64,000 nt of DNA from Eledone cirrhosa (taxonomy: Eukaryota), in NCBI GenBank assembly GCA_964016885.1, contig OZ024754.1, positions 33,046,001 to 33,110,000 on the forward strand, given 5' to 3'. The notes beneath the pieces were generated by a model, which did not search any database, had not been told where the DNA came from, and saw only the letters and a program-made list of their open reading frames with translations. Made by a program: the position numbers and the translations under genes. Positions 41,252-54,884 of the stretch are shown one piece after another. Position 1 is the first letter of the stretch. The number at the start of each line of letters is the position of its first letter.

Positions 41252-42089
41252 CTTATAAAAAATATAACCAGCAAATCTACAAATTCAAATTACAGCATCA
41301 ATAATAATATTAGTAATAAAGATAGAGAGAGAACAAAAGAAAGAAAGAGAGATAGATAAAGGAAAGAAAAAAAGAAAAAGGAAAAATAAAAAGAAGAAAA
41401 AGGAAAAACAAAAAGGAGAAATGAAAAACAGAAAGATATATAGACAAAAAAAGATGTAGAGAAAGGGGGATAGAAAGAGAATAGAAAAGGATAGAGGAGA
41501 AATGACGTAAGAGAAAAAATATGATATCAACAATAAATGAATAAATGTTAATTCATGAATAAATGTTAATTCATGAATAAATGTAAATAAATAAATAAAT
41601 AAATGAATAACTAAACAAATTACATCAAGGCTGATACAAAATGATACAAAATATGAAATATGAAAATATGAAAATATGAAAATATGAAAATAAATAAGTA
41701 AAAATGTGCGAAGAAATTTAAACATTTAAAGATTATTGCAAGTGGTTAAAATATAGAGAGATGCGAAGGTATAAATATGATAATGTTAAATATATTTATG
41801 TGAGTATTGGTTATTTTAATAAATTAATTATATAATTCATTAATTATTAGATTAATTAGTTGTATGTTATATTAGAAGTGAAAATGATATGATAAGATAC
41901 AATACTAGGGATGAAATAAATTTATGGAGAGAAATAGAGATAGAAAGATAGAGATACATAAAATATGAATGTAAATATAAAAGGTTTTGATGTTGGTTCA
42001 TTGATAGATAGTGACAATTATAACAATAATGATGATGATGTGATATTATATTAGATCTAAGTGGTACAATTTTGAATGGATAAGATGAA

Positions 42090-42391
42090 TTAAGCTGGTC
42101 TAAAGTTCTCAAATTTGGTCGCCATTTTATGCCTACAGTTCTTTCAATTTTACTGTTAAGTAGCATTTTGTTGTACTTCAAAATTTGGAAAAGCTCCATA
42201 TTACAAAGACCACAGTGGGACATGCCAATTCGATAGGCCGTTGCTGTTGATAGCTTTGTCCAGCTGATTTTATATTCCATGTTTGCATCTCTGAGTTGCC
42301 AGATTTTATTGGCGAGAGTTGTTGTATTTGTGAGTTTCCTGTTAATCATAGAGTGTCTGTGGACGTGCCACCTTTTCTTAAATTCTCCATA

Positions 42392-42394
<3 letters not shown>
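42090..42394 (-). pseudogene. PLE GIY-YIG endonuclease C-terminal fragment
   Basis: FKKRWHVHRHS..TTLANKIWQLRD..YKISW..ATAY..CGLCNME..I..LLNSKIE, then a frameshift gives NCRHK..FRPA*; pattern recognised from PLE endonucleases. Confidence 0.8.
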
Positions 42395-42425
<31 letters not shown>

Positions 42426-42586
42426 GAAATAAACACAGTGAAATCTGTGTCTAAAGTTACTGTGTTTATTTCTACATATATTATATAATGCTCAGTATTT
42501 ATACTTTGAGCTTGTTAATTGCAGGGTATCAATATGAGTTGGTAACTCTGTATTTTATTTGTGTATATATATATATATATATATAT

Positions 42587-42690
42587 AAAACAAAGAAAGT
42601 GTGGTAAGATACCAGATGGACCATAACGCCCCAGAGTACTCAATACTTAGGGTAGTAGAGTAGGTAATAGGGCTCCTGACTCTTTTCCTA
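42587..42690 (-). mobile_element. family B-related tail-only copy (another at 25-102)
   Basis: GAGTACTCAATACTTAGGGTAGTAGAGT shared with family B. Confidence 0.7.
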
Positions 42691-42722
42691 TATATATATA
42701 TGTGTGTGTGTCCATCTTTCTC

Positions 42723-42758
<36 letters not shown>

Positions 42759-42992
42759 CCATCTACTATCAATCTGTCTCTTCCTCTCTCTCCAACTCTC
42801 CCTCATCCCTTTCTCTCTCCCCTTCTCCTCTTCCTCTCCCTCCCACGTTTCCCTCTATCCTTTTACCTAAGATTTAAGATTAAGAAAACCTTAATCTCCT
42901 ACTTAAAAACTACACATTAGTTGCTGCATGTTTAATGAAAGAGCAACATTGCCTGTCTCCTTATTAAATCGAAATATTTAACACTTTCTACA

Positions 42993-43349
42993 TCAGTGGT
43001 CGCCAGCCAGTGGTCCGCGGACATCCAGTGGTCCGCGGACAGCCAGTGGTCCGCGGACAACCAGTGGTCCGCGGACAACCAGTGGTCCGCGGACCAGGAC
43101 CACTGGTGGTCCGAGAGAAAATTTTGGTGGTCGAATTTTTGGTACGAATACTGAAGAAACAAATCAAAACAATCTGAGTTACCACCCTTTGTTTTAATGT
43201 AGGCACGAATGTAAATTAGTGCTTGCGGCCCGCCTGATGATGAGTCATATATATCACTTGTCGGCCTTTTGGCTAAGATCAAAGTGTAGTATCTGATGAG
43301 GAGTCATATCTCATGCGGGCCGCTTCTCGTAAAAGGTTACTCATGCCTG
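42993..43349. mobile_element. hAT/Charlie-like MITE with five 18-bp subterminal repeats CCAGTGGTCCGCGGACAA
   Basis: CAG..CTG termini, GTGGTCCGCGGAC and GCGGCCCGC/GCGGGCCGC subterminal motifs; 8-bp TSD not clean, may be chimeric. Confidence 0.55.
43253..43295 (+). pseudogene. U2: 5' U2 snRNA fragment (retrocopy) with TSD
   Basis: ATCACTTGTCGGCCTTTTGGCTAAGATCAAAGTGTAGTATCTG matches U2 nt ~1-43 including branch-point recognition GTAGTA; flanked by CTGATGA(T/G)GAGTCATAT. Confidence 0.9.
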
Positions 43350-43975
43350 GCCTATGCCTATAATTCACGGGGCCAGCCTTCGTATGTACTGCCATGCATT
43401 GGGTCAGAAGAATTCTCAGCCACTCATACGTTAATTTCATGAACAGGTCGTTCCTTTGATCAAACAACTATAAACATTCATCGTCGAATCTGATGGAGAT
43501 CCATTCTTCTATTACTTCTGTCCAGCGTTGTAGCCATATTAAAGTTCACGCTTCAATCAATCCGGGATTATTAAGTAATATAGTAGAGTGGTGTGTTAAA
43601 ATGTGGAACTGGTCAAATGGTCAAGTGGTCAAGTAGTCATTTGAGCGGGAATAATTTGAGTGGCGGACATTGGACCTTTCTCAATTAGTGAAGTAACAGA
43701 CATCAAGTCTACTACATATAAAGTCTCATATACTATATTACTCCTATATATGAAATGGCATGACGTTCGTACAAATAATTAGTGTCTTTCTATCTAACAC
43801 ACACCCATACACACTATCTCTCTCTCCCCCTCTCTCTCTCTCTCTCTCTCTCTTTATATATATATATGTATATGTATATGTCTATCTATCTATCTATATA
43901 TATATATATATTTACACACGCACACACACACACGCACACGCACGAACGCACACAGACACACACCCACACACACTA

Positions 43976-44043
<68 letters not shown>

Positions 44044-44048
44044 TACAT

Positions 44049-44081
<33 letters not shown>

Positions 44082-44084
44082 CAC

Positions 44085-44124
<40 letters not shown>

Positions 44125-44229
44125 CTATCTATATATCTAAAGACCCGTCTATTTGTTTACCTATTTCTACCTGCACACACAATCACACTCTCTAATCCAT
44201 GGTGTCACTTTCTCTCTTTCCCTTTTATT

Positions 44230-44657
<428 letters not shown>

Positions 44658-44835
44658 TTTGCGTATGTGTCTGTATGTGCATGCATCTATGTGCGTATGT
44701 ATGTATTATGTATCTTCCAAATATTGTGGCCATGCGTAGCTTATGAATTCTACTCCAAGAATCCAAGTTTAGCCATACTTTGATCCTGGTGGTTTGGTAT
44801 ATATCCAACAATAGATAGGACTAACAACTCAAATA

Positions 44836-45020
44836 AATAATTGTTTCTACTTTAGGCACAAGGCCAGTAATTACCCAGTACATTACTGGTACTTTATTTT
44901 ATCGACCCCGTAAGGATGAAAGGCAAAGTCAACCTCGCCGGGATTTGAACTCAAATCGTAAAGGGACGTAACTATGCTAGAAAGCATGGCGTCCGACCCT
45001 CTACCCATACTGCCAATACC
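44836..45020 (-). mobile_element. Meta-core SINE
   Basis: reverse complement match. Confidence 0.9.
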
Positions 45021-45266
45021 TACAATAATGACTGTTAATCTATGTATGTAAATCCTTTCCACACTTAAAAAAGCTTTAAGTAGAGGCATCGCTTGATATG
45101 TGACATCGTTTGCGATACATCGCATTGCTGGCCATAGGCAAGTCCTAAGCAGGACTAAAGAGCTCCGCCCGTGATGCTCATGATTAAGTATCAAGCGATG
45201 GCATTACTCGAAATCGTGTTGCAGCCATCATCATCACCATTTATGTATGCATGTATGTATGTATGT

Positions 45267-45685
45267 AGCCACATCGGGAGAGATGACCCCTTAGCCTTTG
45301 TCAAGGCAGAATTCTAGGAGAAGGAAAACTCTGATATAACACCTGCAACCCTGATGGTATCCAATGATGTTGACTTGTTCTTCTTTTTGGTAAATATCAT
45401 CTTGGTTAAGAGAGTGGGACTGGCTTTGTGCAGTGCCTTTGCTCACTATAAAAGCTTCACGGCACAGGCATTGCTTTATATCTGGAGATCTCTCTGCACT
45501 TGTCCTCACATGGTACCATGGGCCCAGCACTATGTGTCAATAATTGTCACAAGTGTAGTGTTTGTACCAGAGTTTTCAAGTCGCTGGCTGGACTAAAATG
45601 TCACACTCGTTCAGCGTATCGGTAGGAGTTCTCCTACATGGATATAAAGTAGTGGCCGTGCTCGAAAACGAGTTGGCAGCCACCA
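45267..45685 (+). mobile_element. 5'-truncated copy of the 13682 repeat, in (TATG)n
   Basis: near-identical to 13853-14264. Confidence 0.85.
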
Positions 45686-46842
45686 TGTATGTATGTATGT
45701 ATGTATGTATGTATGTATGTATGTATGTATGTATGTTACTATTTATCTGCGTGTATGTATGTACATGCGACTGTATCTGTGCTGGTGTAACTTTGCATGT
45801 GCGACTGTGTATGTGTATATGTGTATGTGTATGTGTATATGTGTGTATGTATGACCGCTTATCAGTTAATGTGTATGAAGAGGAGAGAAAGAGTGTTTGA
45901 GTGAAAGACAGAGAGAGTTTGTGTGTGTAAATGAGAGAGGTAACGAGAGAGAGGTGGGGTGAGTGTGTGGGTTGTGTGTGTGAGTGCAGATACATGTGTT
46001 TACACATGTATCCCCCCTCTCTTTCATTTGTTCACTTCCTCCTCTAAACATTCAGTCATGTTCTGTCGAATCGTGAAACTGTGGAAATCAAAATTAATGA
46101 TGAAAGATTTAACAAAATGTCCGCCTCCCGTCATTAATTTAACGCTTAAATCGGCCTCTGTTTTATTTTGTTTTTAATCCGCATGCGTTTCAAGCCAGCT
46201 TCCGCTTTCTGACTGACATTAGCTAAATGTTTAAGTGTTTGTTTGTGAGATTGTTTGTTTGTTTTTGCCTTTATTTCTCTTTTATATATTTATTTATTTG
46301 CCTAATGTTTTACACACGTTATGCAATACATTTGACAAAATAAAAAAAAATATGACAATCAGTTGTGTGTCAGTGAGTATATATGCATTTTATGCCTGTG
46401 TGTACCTCCCTGTGTATGCGTATGTTTATCTGTGTGTGTATCTATGTGTGCTTATCTCTCTCCCGCACTCACCTTTTTCCCATCTCACTCTCTCTTTCTC
46501 TCCTTCCATCTCCGTGCTTTTCTGTTTGTAATTTTATGTGCGTGTGCATTTGCGGGCGTAATTGTGGGCAATCTTTTTTTGTGTGTGTGTGATAATTGGC
46601 ATGGTTGAATTACAATAATTTAGCGAAAAATTAGTGACAGGTAGCAAGGAATATCGTTTAGAGTTGTGCAAACTTTATAAGCTGTGTAAACCGTGTAAAT
46701 TTTAGAAGCTGCATAAAACGTGTAAATTCAAACTGATTCTATTCTAGAGTCAAAGAATTTCTCAAAAAATATAATAAAACGTAGAAAGAGAATCTGGCTA
46801 TGTCTCTCTCTCTCCCTCTCTCTCTCTCTCTGCCTGTCTTTC

Positions 46843-46885
<43 letters not shown>

Positions 46886-46887
46886 GC

Positions 46888-46925
<38 letters not shown>

Positions 46926-47039
46926 ATGCAGTCACACACACACATAGAGTCATTAGAGCGTCGAACAGAAGGGTGTGCGGTCAGAGTTCAAATTCTACCC
47001 AGGGCAATCTCGCCTTTTACCAATTTTGAAGTGACTAAA

Positions 47040-47535
47040 TAAGATATCATTCCGGACTTAAAAGATATCATTCCGGTACTATAAAATATCATTCCGGTAC
47101 TATAAGATATCATTTCGGTACTATAAGATATCATTCAGGTACTATAAGATATCATTCCGGACCTATAAGATATCATTCCGGTACTATAAGATATCATTCC
47201 GGTACTATAAGATATCATTTTGGTACTATAAGATATCATTCCGGTACTATAAGATATCATTCCGGTACTATAAGATATCATTCCGATACTATAAGATATC
47301 ATTCCGGTACTATAAGATATCATTCCGGACCTATAAGATATCATTTTGGTACTATAAGATATCATTCCGGTACTATAAGATATCATTCCGGACCTATAAG
47401 ATATCATTTCGGTACTATAAGATATCATTCCGGTACTATAAGATATCATTCCGATACTATAAGATATCATTCCGGTACTATAAGATATCATTCCGGTACT
47501 ATAAGATGTCATTCTGGACCTATAAGATGTCATTC
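47040..47535. repeat. 21-bp minisatellite AAGATATCATTCCGGTACTAT (~23 units)
   Basis: direct reading. Confidence 0.95.
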
Positions 47536-47696
47536 TCTTTCCCACAATCTCTTCCTATCTTCAGCTATCAGTCTCTCTTCAGCGTGTCTCTTCTTTGGAA
47601 GAAATTCGTTGAGTTTAGACTTAGAGAGCGATGGGTTGTGCAAGGTTACAATGCCAATGCCGTACGTCTCAATTACCTGTTAATGAGTTTTTTACA

Positions 47697-48106
47697 TACC
47701 TTTGCCCTCGCTCTGAGGCGGGCGACGTTGAAGAGCCAGCCTGCTGATCTGTTTCAGTGCCGACTGCGTGCTTCAAGAGCAGAGCAAAGGAGATCCCAAA
47801 GAGTGTGGACGCAAAGACGCAGCCTTGTTTTACACCGCTGCGAATGCTCCGAAGTGCGCCCGTTAAACTACACTGTGCCCTTCATGTTCGTGTGGTAAGA
47901 TTTGATCATACTCTGCAGTCCCGGTGGGCAGCCAAACTTTGGGAGAATCTTGAAAAGGCCGTCTCTTCTGACCAAGTTAACAGCCTTGGTGATGTCAATA
48001 AAAGCGACATACTGGGCCATGTTCTGTTTTCTGCACTTCTCCTGGAGTTGGCGGAGAGAGAAGAACATGTCTACAGTTGATCGCTCAACTCGGAAGCTGG
48101 ACTGAT
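47697..48106 (-). pseudogene. RTE/BovB-like RT fragment
   Basis: FRVERSTVDMFFSLRQLQEKCR.QN...YVAFIDITKA..V.RDGLFKILPKFGCP; downstream GVKQGC and LFNVARLRA. Confidence 0.9.
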
Positions 48107-48214
48107 TACACACACACACACACATATACACACATACACACACACACACACACATATATATATACAGATATTCATACGTACATACATACATACATACATA
48201 CATACATACATACA

Positions 48215-48246
<32 letters not shown>

Positions 48247-48377
48247 ATTACAACATAGTGTTTATGCTAAGAAACGGTAAGTTAGATATTCTGTGAGTTA
48301 AAGGGTTGCTAAGTTAGGATTTATATTGGCGTTAATTTCTGTGAGAGGGAGGGTCATGTCATTGTAGATAGATAGAT

Positions 48378-49367
48378 ATGTTTCTTTTATTTGCCACTAG
48401 GGCATCAAAAGTGGGACAAGTACAAAGGGGGGAGTTTGCACAAAAAGGCGTCCTCAATAAGGAGGAGGCAATAACAAAATATAAAAATAAAATAAGATAT
48501 AACAAAAAATAAAATTTTTAACAAAATCCTCAATAGAGAGGAGGCGCCTTGGGGGGTCGCACACACCCCCGAAAAAAGTGTGCAACCCTTCTCCTCAGGA
48601 GCACAGAGAAGGGGTGCTCCCTTGGTCTTTCATCTTCCTCACCTATAGTCTGATGTAGAGTGAAGGCCCATTCACACGGGCCATTCTCGCCACTTTCACC
48701 CATCTTTCATAGAAACGGCTGGGGTGCAGCACCTCTCTCTCCATCCTGATCCTTCTTCCGAAATGATATCGGAAGAAACGGACCAGTTGTTGGCCAGAGA
48801 GAAAGGTGCCTGACCTCAGTCCTTTCAGACGCGTCCACCATACAACCTCTTTCGCCATGGCTATTACGCACAGAAACACCGCCTCTGCTTCATCTTTGAA
48901 GGGGGGAGGCGGCTTGATCATTACAATAGACTCGGTGGTCAACCGGATCGGTCCCACCCTTGACAGCAGTTGTTCGACATAGCCCCACAGATCGGCTACG
49001 CCCGAGCAGTGTACCAATGCGTGTGCAACGGTTTCCTCGTCGCACACGCATCTGGGACAGATCTTTTTGGCGGGGTCCCTACCCGGGAGCCCGTGTCTGT
49101 AGAGCCTTTCTCGAACGGGTAAAGCCCCTCGGTAGCACTGCCAGGCCAGGGACTTCTGGAAGTTGTCCATAGGTCCCGGGCTGAATGTCCTACCGAACAG
49201 GCTGGCCAGTTCGTCCTCCTCCATGTCTAGGGCTTCTCCGAGGGCGTCGTCGCACCTGCTGCGTACCAGCCCTCTATAGAATGTTGCGGTGGAGTCTCCA
49301 CTGATAACCGGATCCGCCTGCCAGAGGGCGGTGAGCGCCTGGGCACACTCGGTGTGCCAGGCGCCCA
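48378..49367 (-). mobile_element. Tx1/L1-like LINE 3' kb (ORF2 zinc-knuckle region 48643-49367 plus 3' UTR) in (GATA)n
   Basis: LAWQCYRGALPVRERL..CPRC..ETVAHALVHC..W (zf-RVT-type CCHC); (GATA)n both sides. Confidence 0.9.
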
Positions 49368-49478
49368 GATAGATAGATAGATAGATGAAGAAGGGAAAGA
49401 AATAATGTATGCGATTGTGTGCGCGTCTTCATTTCATTGCAGAAATGTAGGTAGGAAAGAGAGAGTGTAAACATGTCG

Positions 49479-49696
<218 letters not shown>

Positions 49697-49697
49697 A

Positions 49698-50078
49698 GGT
49701 GGTGGATTGGCAGTATCGGTAGAGGGTCGGACGCCATGCTTTGACGCATAGAGTTACGGCCCTTGCCATTCTGTGTTCAAATCCCGCCGAGCTTAACTTT
49801 GCCTTTCATCCTTACGGGGTCGATAAAATAAAGTACCAGTAATGCACTGGGTGATTGCTGGCCTTGTGCCAAACGTAGAAACAATTATTAGGCGGTGGAT
49901 TGGCAGTATCGGTATAGGGTCGGACGCCATGCTTTCCAGCATAGCTACGTCCCTTTACGATCTGAGTTCAAATCCCGCCGAGGTTAACTTTGCCTTTCAT
50001 CCTTACGGGGTCGATAAAATAAAGTACCAGTAATGTACTGGGTATTTGCTGGCCTTGTGCCTAAAGTAGAAACAATTA
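49698..50078 (+). mobile_element. two tandem Meta-core SINEs
   Basis: 49698-49889 and 49890-50078. Confidence 0.9.
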
Positions 50079-50929
50079 ATATATTGTAAATATATATATA
50101 CCCCCCAACCCCACGCACACGTACCCACACACCCTCGTACACCACCAACTCTACACACCCTACCACCACTAACCCCCACTCACACCTGCATTCAACCCTT
50201 TCTCCACCTCCCGTATACTAACACCCACTAACACCCCCTTCATCAAACTACACACACACACCCTCCTCACTCCAACTTTCACACCTACCCATCCTCGCCC
50301 CTTTACCATTCCACCCGACTGCTGCTATGCCCTCTGACCACCTCCCAGCACAAACAGACACACAGCACTCCCACCGCCTTGACCACTTCCTGTTGCGCGC
50401 GTACCCCACATCTCTCCTCTTCCGACCAGCTCTTCATGGAATACTCGTATGTGGAACTTGACCACCGTGGAATCAACTACCATCATAGGAGTTTACCAAC
50501 ATTTCAACCACATCCTCTTACGGAATCACCTTTATAACTCACCCACACACACACCCCAAACAAATTTTTTTCTCCCACACGCCACCTACACCCACAACAC
50601 GCTTAAACCCCACACACACGTGCTTTCCACCACATATTTACACCTTCAGCCTCCGGATTCCTCTCCCCAACCCCTCTATCCACACACGCACACACACTCC
50701 GACCTACACCCCACCCCACACACACCACTTCCTGAACATGCAACCCCGTTCTTCCCCCAACCCTTGCTTTCACATACACACACACACACACACACGTACA
50801 CCTACGCACACACACCACCTTCAGCCCTCCCCGCTCGGACACCCCGTCTCCCTCTCCCCGCTCCACCCGCCACCACCCCTACACACCCCACACCCTTCCA
50901 CCACCTGTTTTACCCCTTTTTAATTTCAG

Positions 50930-51229
50930 TTTATTTTGATCATGCTTTTATATTTATTTTTATTTCATTTCATTTTATTTTGATCATGCTTTATTTTTAT
51001 TTTTATTTTTAATTTCATTCGCACCGTTTCCTCCCACCCCCTTTTCGCTATATGTCTCTCCACCACTCCCCTACACATCCTTTGAACTCTCTTCCCACAC
51101 ACTTCTCACCTGAAGAAGGGCTTATGCCCGAAACGTCGTTCCCCCACCACCACCCCACTCTCCAGAGCGTGAAATTAATAAACATTCGTTGTACTGCCTC
51201 TCTGTTTTGTTCCTGTTCAAATTTTCCAT

Positions 51230-51266
<37 letters not shown>

Positions 51267-51312
51267 ATATGTATATAGACCGACATGCTTACACTCTCTC
51301 TTTCCTACCTAC

Positions 51313-51373
<61 letters not shown>

Positions 51374-51640
51374 AAAATGGAACGGGAACAAGACAGAGAG
51401 GCAGTACGAACAAAGGTTTATTAGTTTCACGCTCTTGAGATTAGGGCGGGGGGACGTTTCGGGCATAAGACCTTCTTCAGGCGAAAAGTGAGTGGGAAGA
51501 GAGTTCCGAGGGTGTGTGGGGGAGTGGAGGAGAGACATTTAGAAAAAAGGGGAGAGGGAGGAAAGGGATTAAAAACGGTGGAAGGGGTACAAATAAAAAT
51601 TAAAAAAATAAAAATAAAAATAAACATGTAGATAAACAAG
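50930..51640. mobile_element. two diverged family L elements tail-to-tail across (TA)n; minimal hammerhead cores at 51110-51137 (+) and ~51454-51480 (-)
   Basis: CTGAAGA agggc ttat gccc GAAA CG TC, the minimal PLE-type pattern; stem I weak. Confidence 0.7.
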
Positions 51641-51789
51641 TAGTGGAAGTGTGTGGGGCGTGTATATATATATGAGTGAGAGAAGGAGTGACAAACAGAC
51701 AAAGTGGGATTTAGAGCAATTCAGAGTAGATATGTAGGTGGAGTGAGTGAGTGAGTGAGTGAGAAAGAGAGAGAGAGAATTGTATATAT

Positions 51790-52172
51790 AGTTGTATCTA
51801 CTTTAGGCACAAGGCCAGCAATAACCCAGTACATTACTGGTACTTTATTTTATCGACCCCGTAAGGATGAAAGGCAAAGTTAACCTCAACGGATTTTGAA
51901 CTCAGACCGTAAAGGGACGTAACTCTATGCTGGAAAGCATGGCGTCCGACCCTCTACCGATACTGCCAATCCACCGCATAATAATTGTTTCTACGTTTGG
52001 CACAAGGCCAGCAATAACCCAGTACATTACTGGTACTTTATTTTATCGACCCCGTAAGGATGAAAGGCAAAGTTAACCCCAAAGGAATTTGAACTCAGAC
52101 CGTAAAGGGACGTAACTCTATGCTGGAAAGCATGGCGTTCGACCCTCTACCGATACTGCCAATTCACCGCCT
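51790..52172 (-). mobile_element. two tandem Meta-core SINEs
   Basis: reverse complement matches. Confidence 0.9.
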
Positions 52173-52299
52173 TTGTATTTATAGCGAGAGATTTAGAGAT
52201 CGAGCGAGAAAAAGTTCCTAAGTGTTGGTACCTACATGTGTATATGCGTGCATGATTGTGCATGTGTGTGTGTGTGTGTGTGTGAATGCACACGTGTGT

Positions 52300-52712
52300 G
52301 TATGAGTGTATGAAGGTGTAGGTGTGTGAGTGTGTGTACGTGTGCGCGTGTGTGTTTGAGTGTATGAGTGTATGAAGGTGTGTATGTGAGTGTGTGTACG
52401 TGTGCGCGTGTGTGTTTGAGTGTATGAGTGTATGAAGGTGTGTGTGTGAGTGTGTGTACGTGTGCGCGTGTGTGTTTGAGTGTATGAGTGTATGAAGGTG
52501 TGTATGTGAGTGTGTGTACGTGTGCGCGTGTGTGTTTGAGTGTATGAGTGTATGAAGGTGTGTATGTGAGTGTGTGTACGTGTGCGCGTGTGTGTTTGAG
52601 TGTATGAGTGTATGAAGGTGTGTATGTGAGTGTGTGTACGTGTGCGCGTGTGTGTTTGAGTGTATGAGTGTATGAAGGTGTGTATGTGAGTGTGTGTACG
52701 TGTGCGCGTGTG
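52300..52712. repeat. 60-bp TG-derived minisatellite, ~6.5 near-identical units
   Basis: successive 60-nt lines are near-identical. Confidence 0.95.
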
Positions 52713-52866
52713 TGGTGGTGGTGATTGAAAAGACAGTAATGATGATGAGGGGGTTGAGGGGGGGAGAAGAGGAGAGAGAGGAGGTGGATGAAGGGAAATA
52801 AAAGGATAAGGAGGATAGAGGGAAGAGGAGGAGACAGTAAATAAGAGAATGAGGGGGAGTGGACAG

Positions 52867-52975
52867 ATAATTGTTTCTACTTTTGGCACAAGGCCAGCAA
52901 TTATCCCAGTGTATTACTGGTACTTTATTTTATCGACCCCGTAAGGATGAAAGGCAAAGTTAACCTCGGCGGGAT
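52867..52975 (-). mobile_element. Meta-core SINE 3' half (similar piece at 57727-57832)
   Basis: core and tail match. Confidence 0.85.
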
Positions 52976-53718
52976 TATATGTAGGAAGAGGCGGAGGTGG
53001 GAGGATGAGGAGGAGGGAAAGAAGAAGAAAAAGAAGTGGAAGAAGAAGAAAAAGAAGGAGGTGGTGAAGAAGAAGGGGAGGGTGGAGGGGTGTGAAGGAG
53101 GTGAAGATGGAGGAGGAGGAAGAAGAAGAAGAAGGGGGAGGAGGAGGAGGAGGAAGAAGGTGAAGAAGAACAAGGAAAAGAAGGAGGAGGTCAAGAAGTA
53201 GGAGAAAAAGAAGAGGAAGAAGAAGATGAAGGAAGAAGGAGGAGGAAAAGAAGGAGGAGGAGGTGAAGAAGGAGAAAAAGAAGAAATACAACAACAACAA
53301 CAACAACAACAACAAGGAGGTGAGAGTAGGGAGGAGGAGTGGATGTGAGCAGGAGAGGTGTGGGGGGGCTAATATGAGTGAAAAGAATGAGAGAGATGAC
53401 AACGGTGTGGAATGGAATGTTATGGAATATGTCTGTCTGTTACAGTGGTGGTGGTGATGGTGGTGGTGGTGGTGGTGGTAGTGATGGTGATGATTGTTAT
53501 TGTTGTTGTGGTGGTGGTGGTGGTGGTGGTGGTGGTGGTGATGGTGGTGGTGATGGTGGTGGTGGTGGTTTTGTTGTTGTTGTTGTGGTAGTGGTAGTAG
53601 TGGTGGTGGTTTTGTTGTTGTTGTTGTGATGGTAGTGGTAGGTGGTGGTGGTGGTGGTTTTGTTGTTGTTGGTAGTTGTAGTGGTATTGGTTATTGGTGA
53701 TGGTGGTACTGTTTTTTA

Positions 53719-53785
<67 letters not shown>

Positions 53786-54846
53786 GGATGGTGTTGTTAT
53801 TGTTGTTGTTATTGATGAAGATGGTGGTGGTGGTGGTAGTGGTGGTGGTGGCAGTAGAGTTGGAGATAGTGATGGAGATGTTGGATGGTGTTATTGTTGT
53901 TGTTGTTGATGAAGGTGGTGGTGGTGGTGGTGGTGGCGTTGGAGATGCTGGATGGTGTTGTTGTTGTTGATGAAGATGGTGGCGGTGGTGGTGGTGGCAG
54001 TAGAGTTGGAGATAGTGATGGAGATGTTGGATGGTGTTGTTGTTGTTGATGAAGATGGTGGTGGTGGTGGTGGTGGCGGTGGTGGTGGTGGTGGTGGTGG
54101 TGGTGGTGGTGGTGGCAGTAGAGTTGGAGATAGTGATGGAGATGTTGGATGGTGTTGTTGTTGTTGATGAAAATGGTGGTGGTGGTGGTGGTGGTGGTGG
54201 TGGTGGTGGTGATGGCAGTAGAGTTGGAGATTGTTGATGGCGATGGCGAAGACGTAGATACTTTTGCCGCACCAACGGATGTCCTGTTGCGGTGCAGCAA
54301 GGAGCTTGTTTGTTGTTTCTTGGTAGAATGCGTTAGATAAAGCTAAAGACATCTTGTCATGAGCATAGATCTTAAATTGACTTATTTACCGAAAGACGGC
54401 AATAAATAGTCCATTAAATCATTTGCCCTGACTTAAACCAACCAATTGACGGTCTAATTGATGAGTGGCGTGTCAACCAGAACGGCGTGGCAGTTTCCGA
54501 TTTGCTTAAATGATGTATCGTTTTGGAGACTAGCATTTCTGACGACACCTCCGGAAGTCAACGGAAACACACGAGTCCTTTTTTTTTTTTTTCTTTATTC
54601 TTTTCTTTGTTAACTCCTCCCACACCCGCATCCACACACCCGCCACATTCCTCCCAGCTCTTTATCTTTATCTTTATTTCTCTGTCTCTCTCCATAAATA
54701 TATACAAACACACACATATATATATATATATATTATATATTCTTATTCTTTATTTTATGTCCTCTATGAATATTCTAAACAGTACAAATATATATATATA
54801 TATGTATATATATATGTATGTATATATATATATGTATGTATATATA

Positions 54847-54884
<38 letters not shown>

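Larger units (their letters stand above)
40917..42394 (-). mobile_element. 5'-truncated Penelope-like retroelement (family E): GIY-YIG C-terminus, 3' UTR, hammerhead, tail; (TA)n on both sides
   Basis: ORF fragment and hammerhead on same strand; 3' end shared with short copies at 10065 and 31200-31361. Confidence 0.8.

Noticed and set aside
43253-43295. Functional U2 snRNA gene
   Set aside because: Only ~43 nt, no Sm site or 3' stem-loops, flanked by TSD
43234-43309. Two CTGATGA motifs as hammerhead cores
   Set aside because: No GAAA/stem III partner; explained as the TSD of the U2 insert
47040-47535. Regular 21-bp (and 27-bp, 18-bp) repeats as CRISPR arrays
   Set aside because: Head-to-tail units without unique spacers, no cas genes, eukaryotic context
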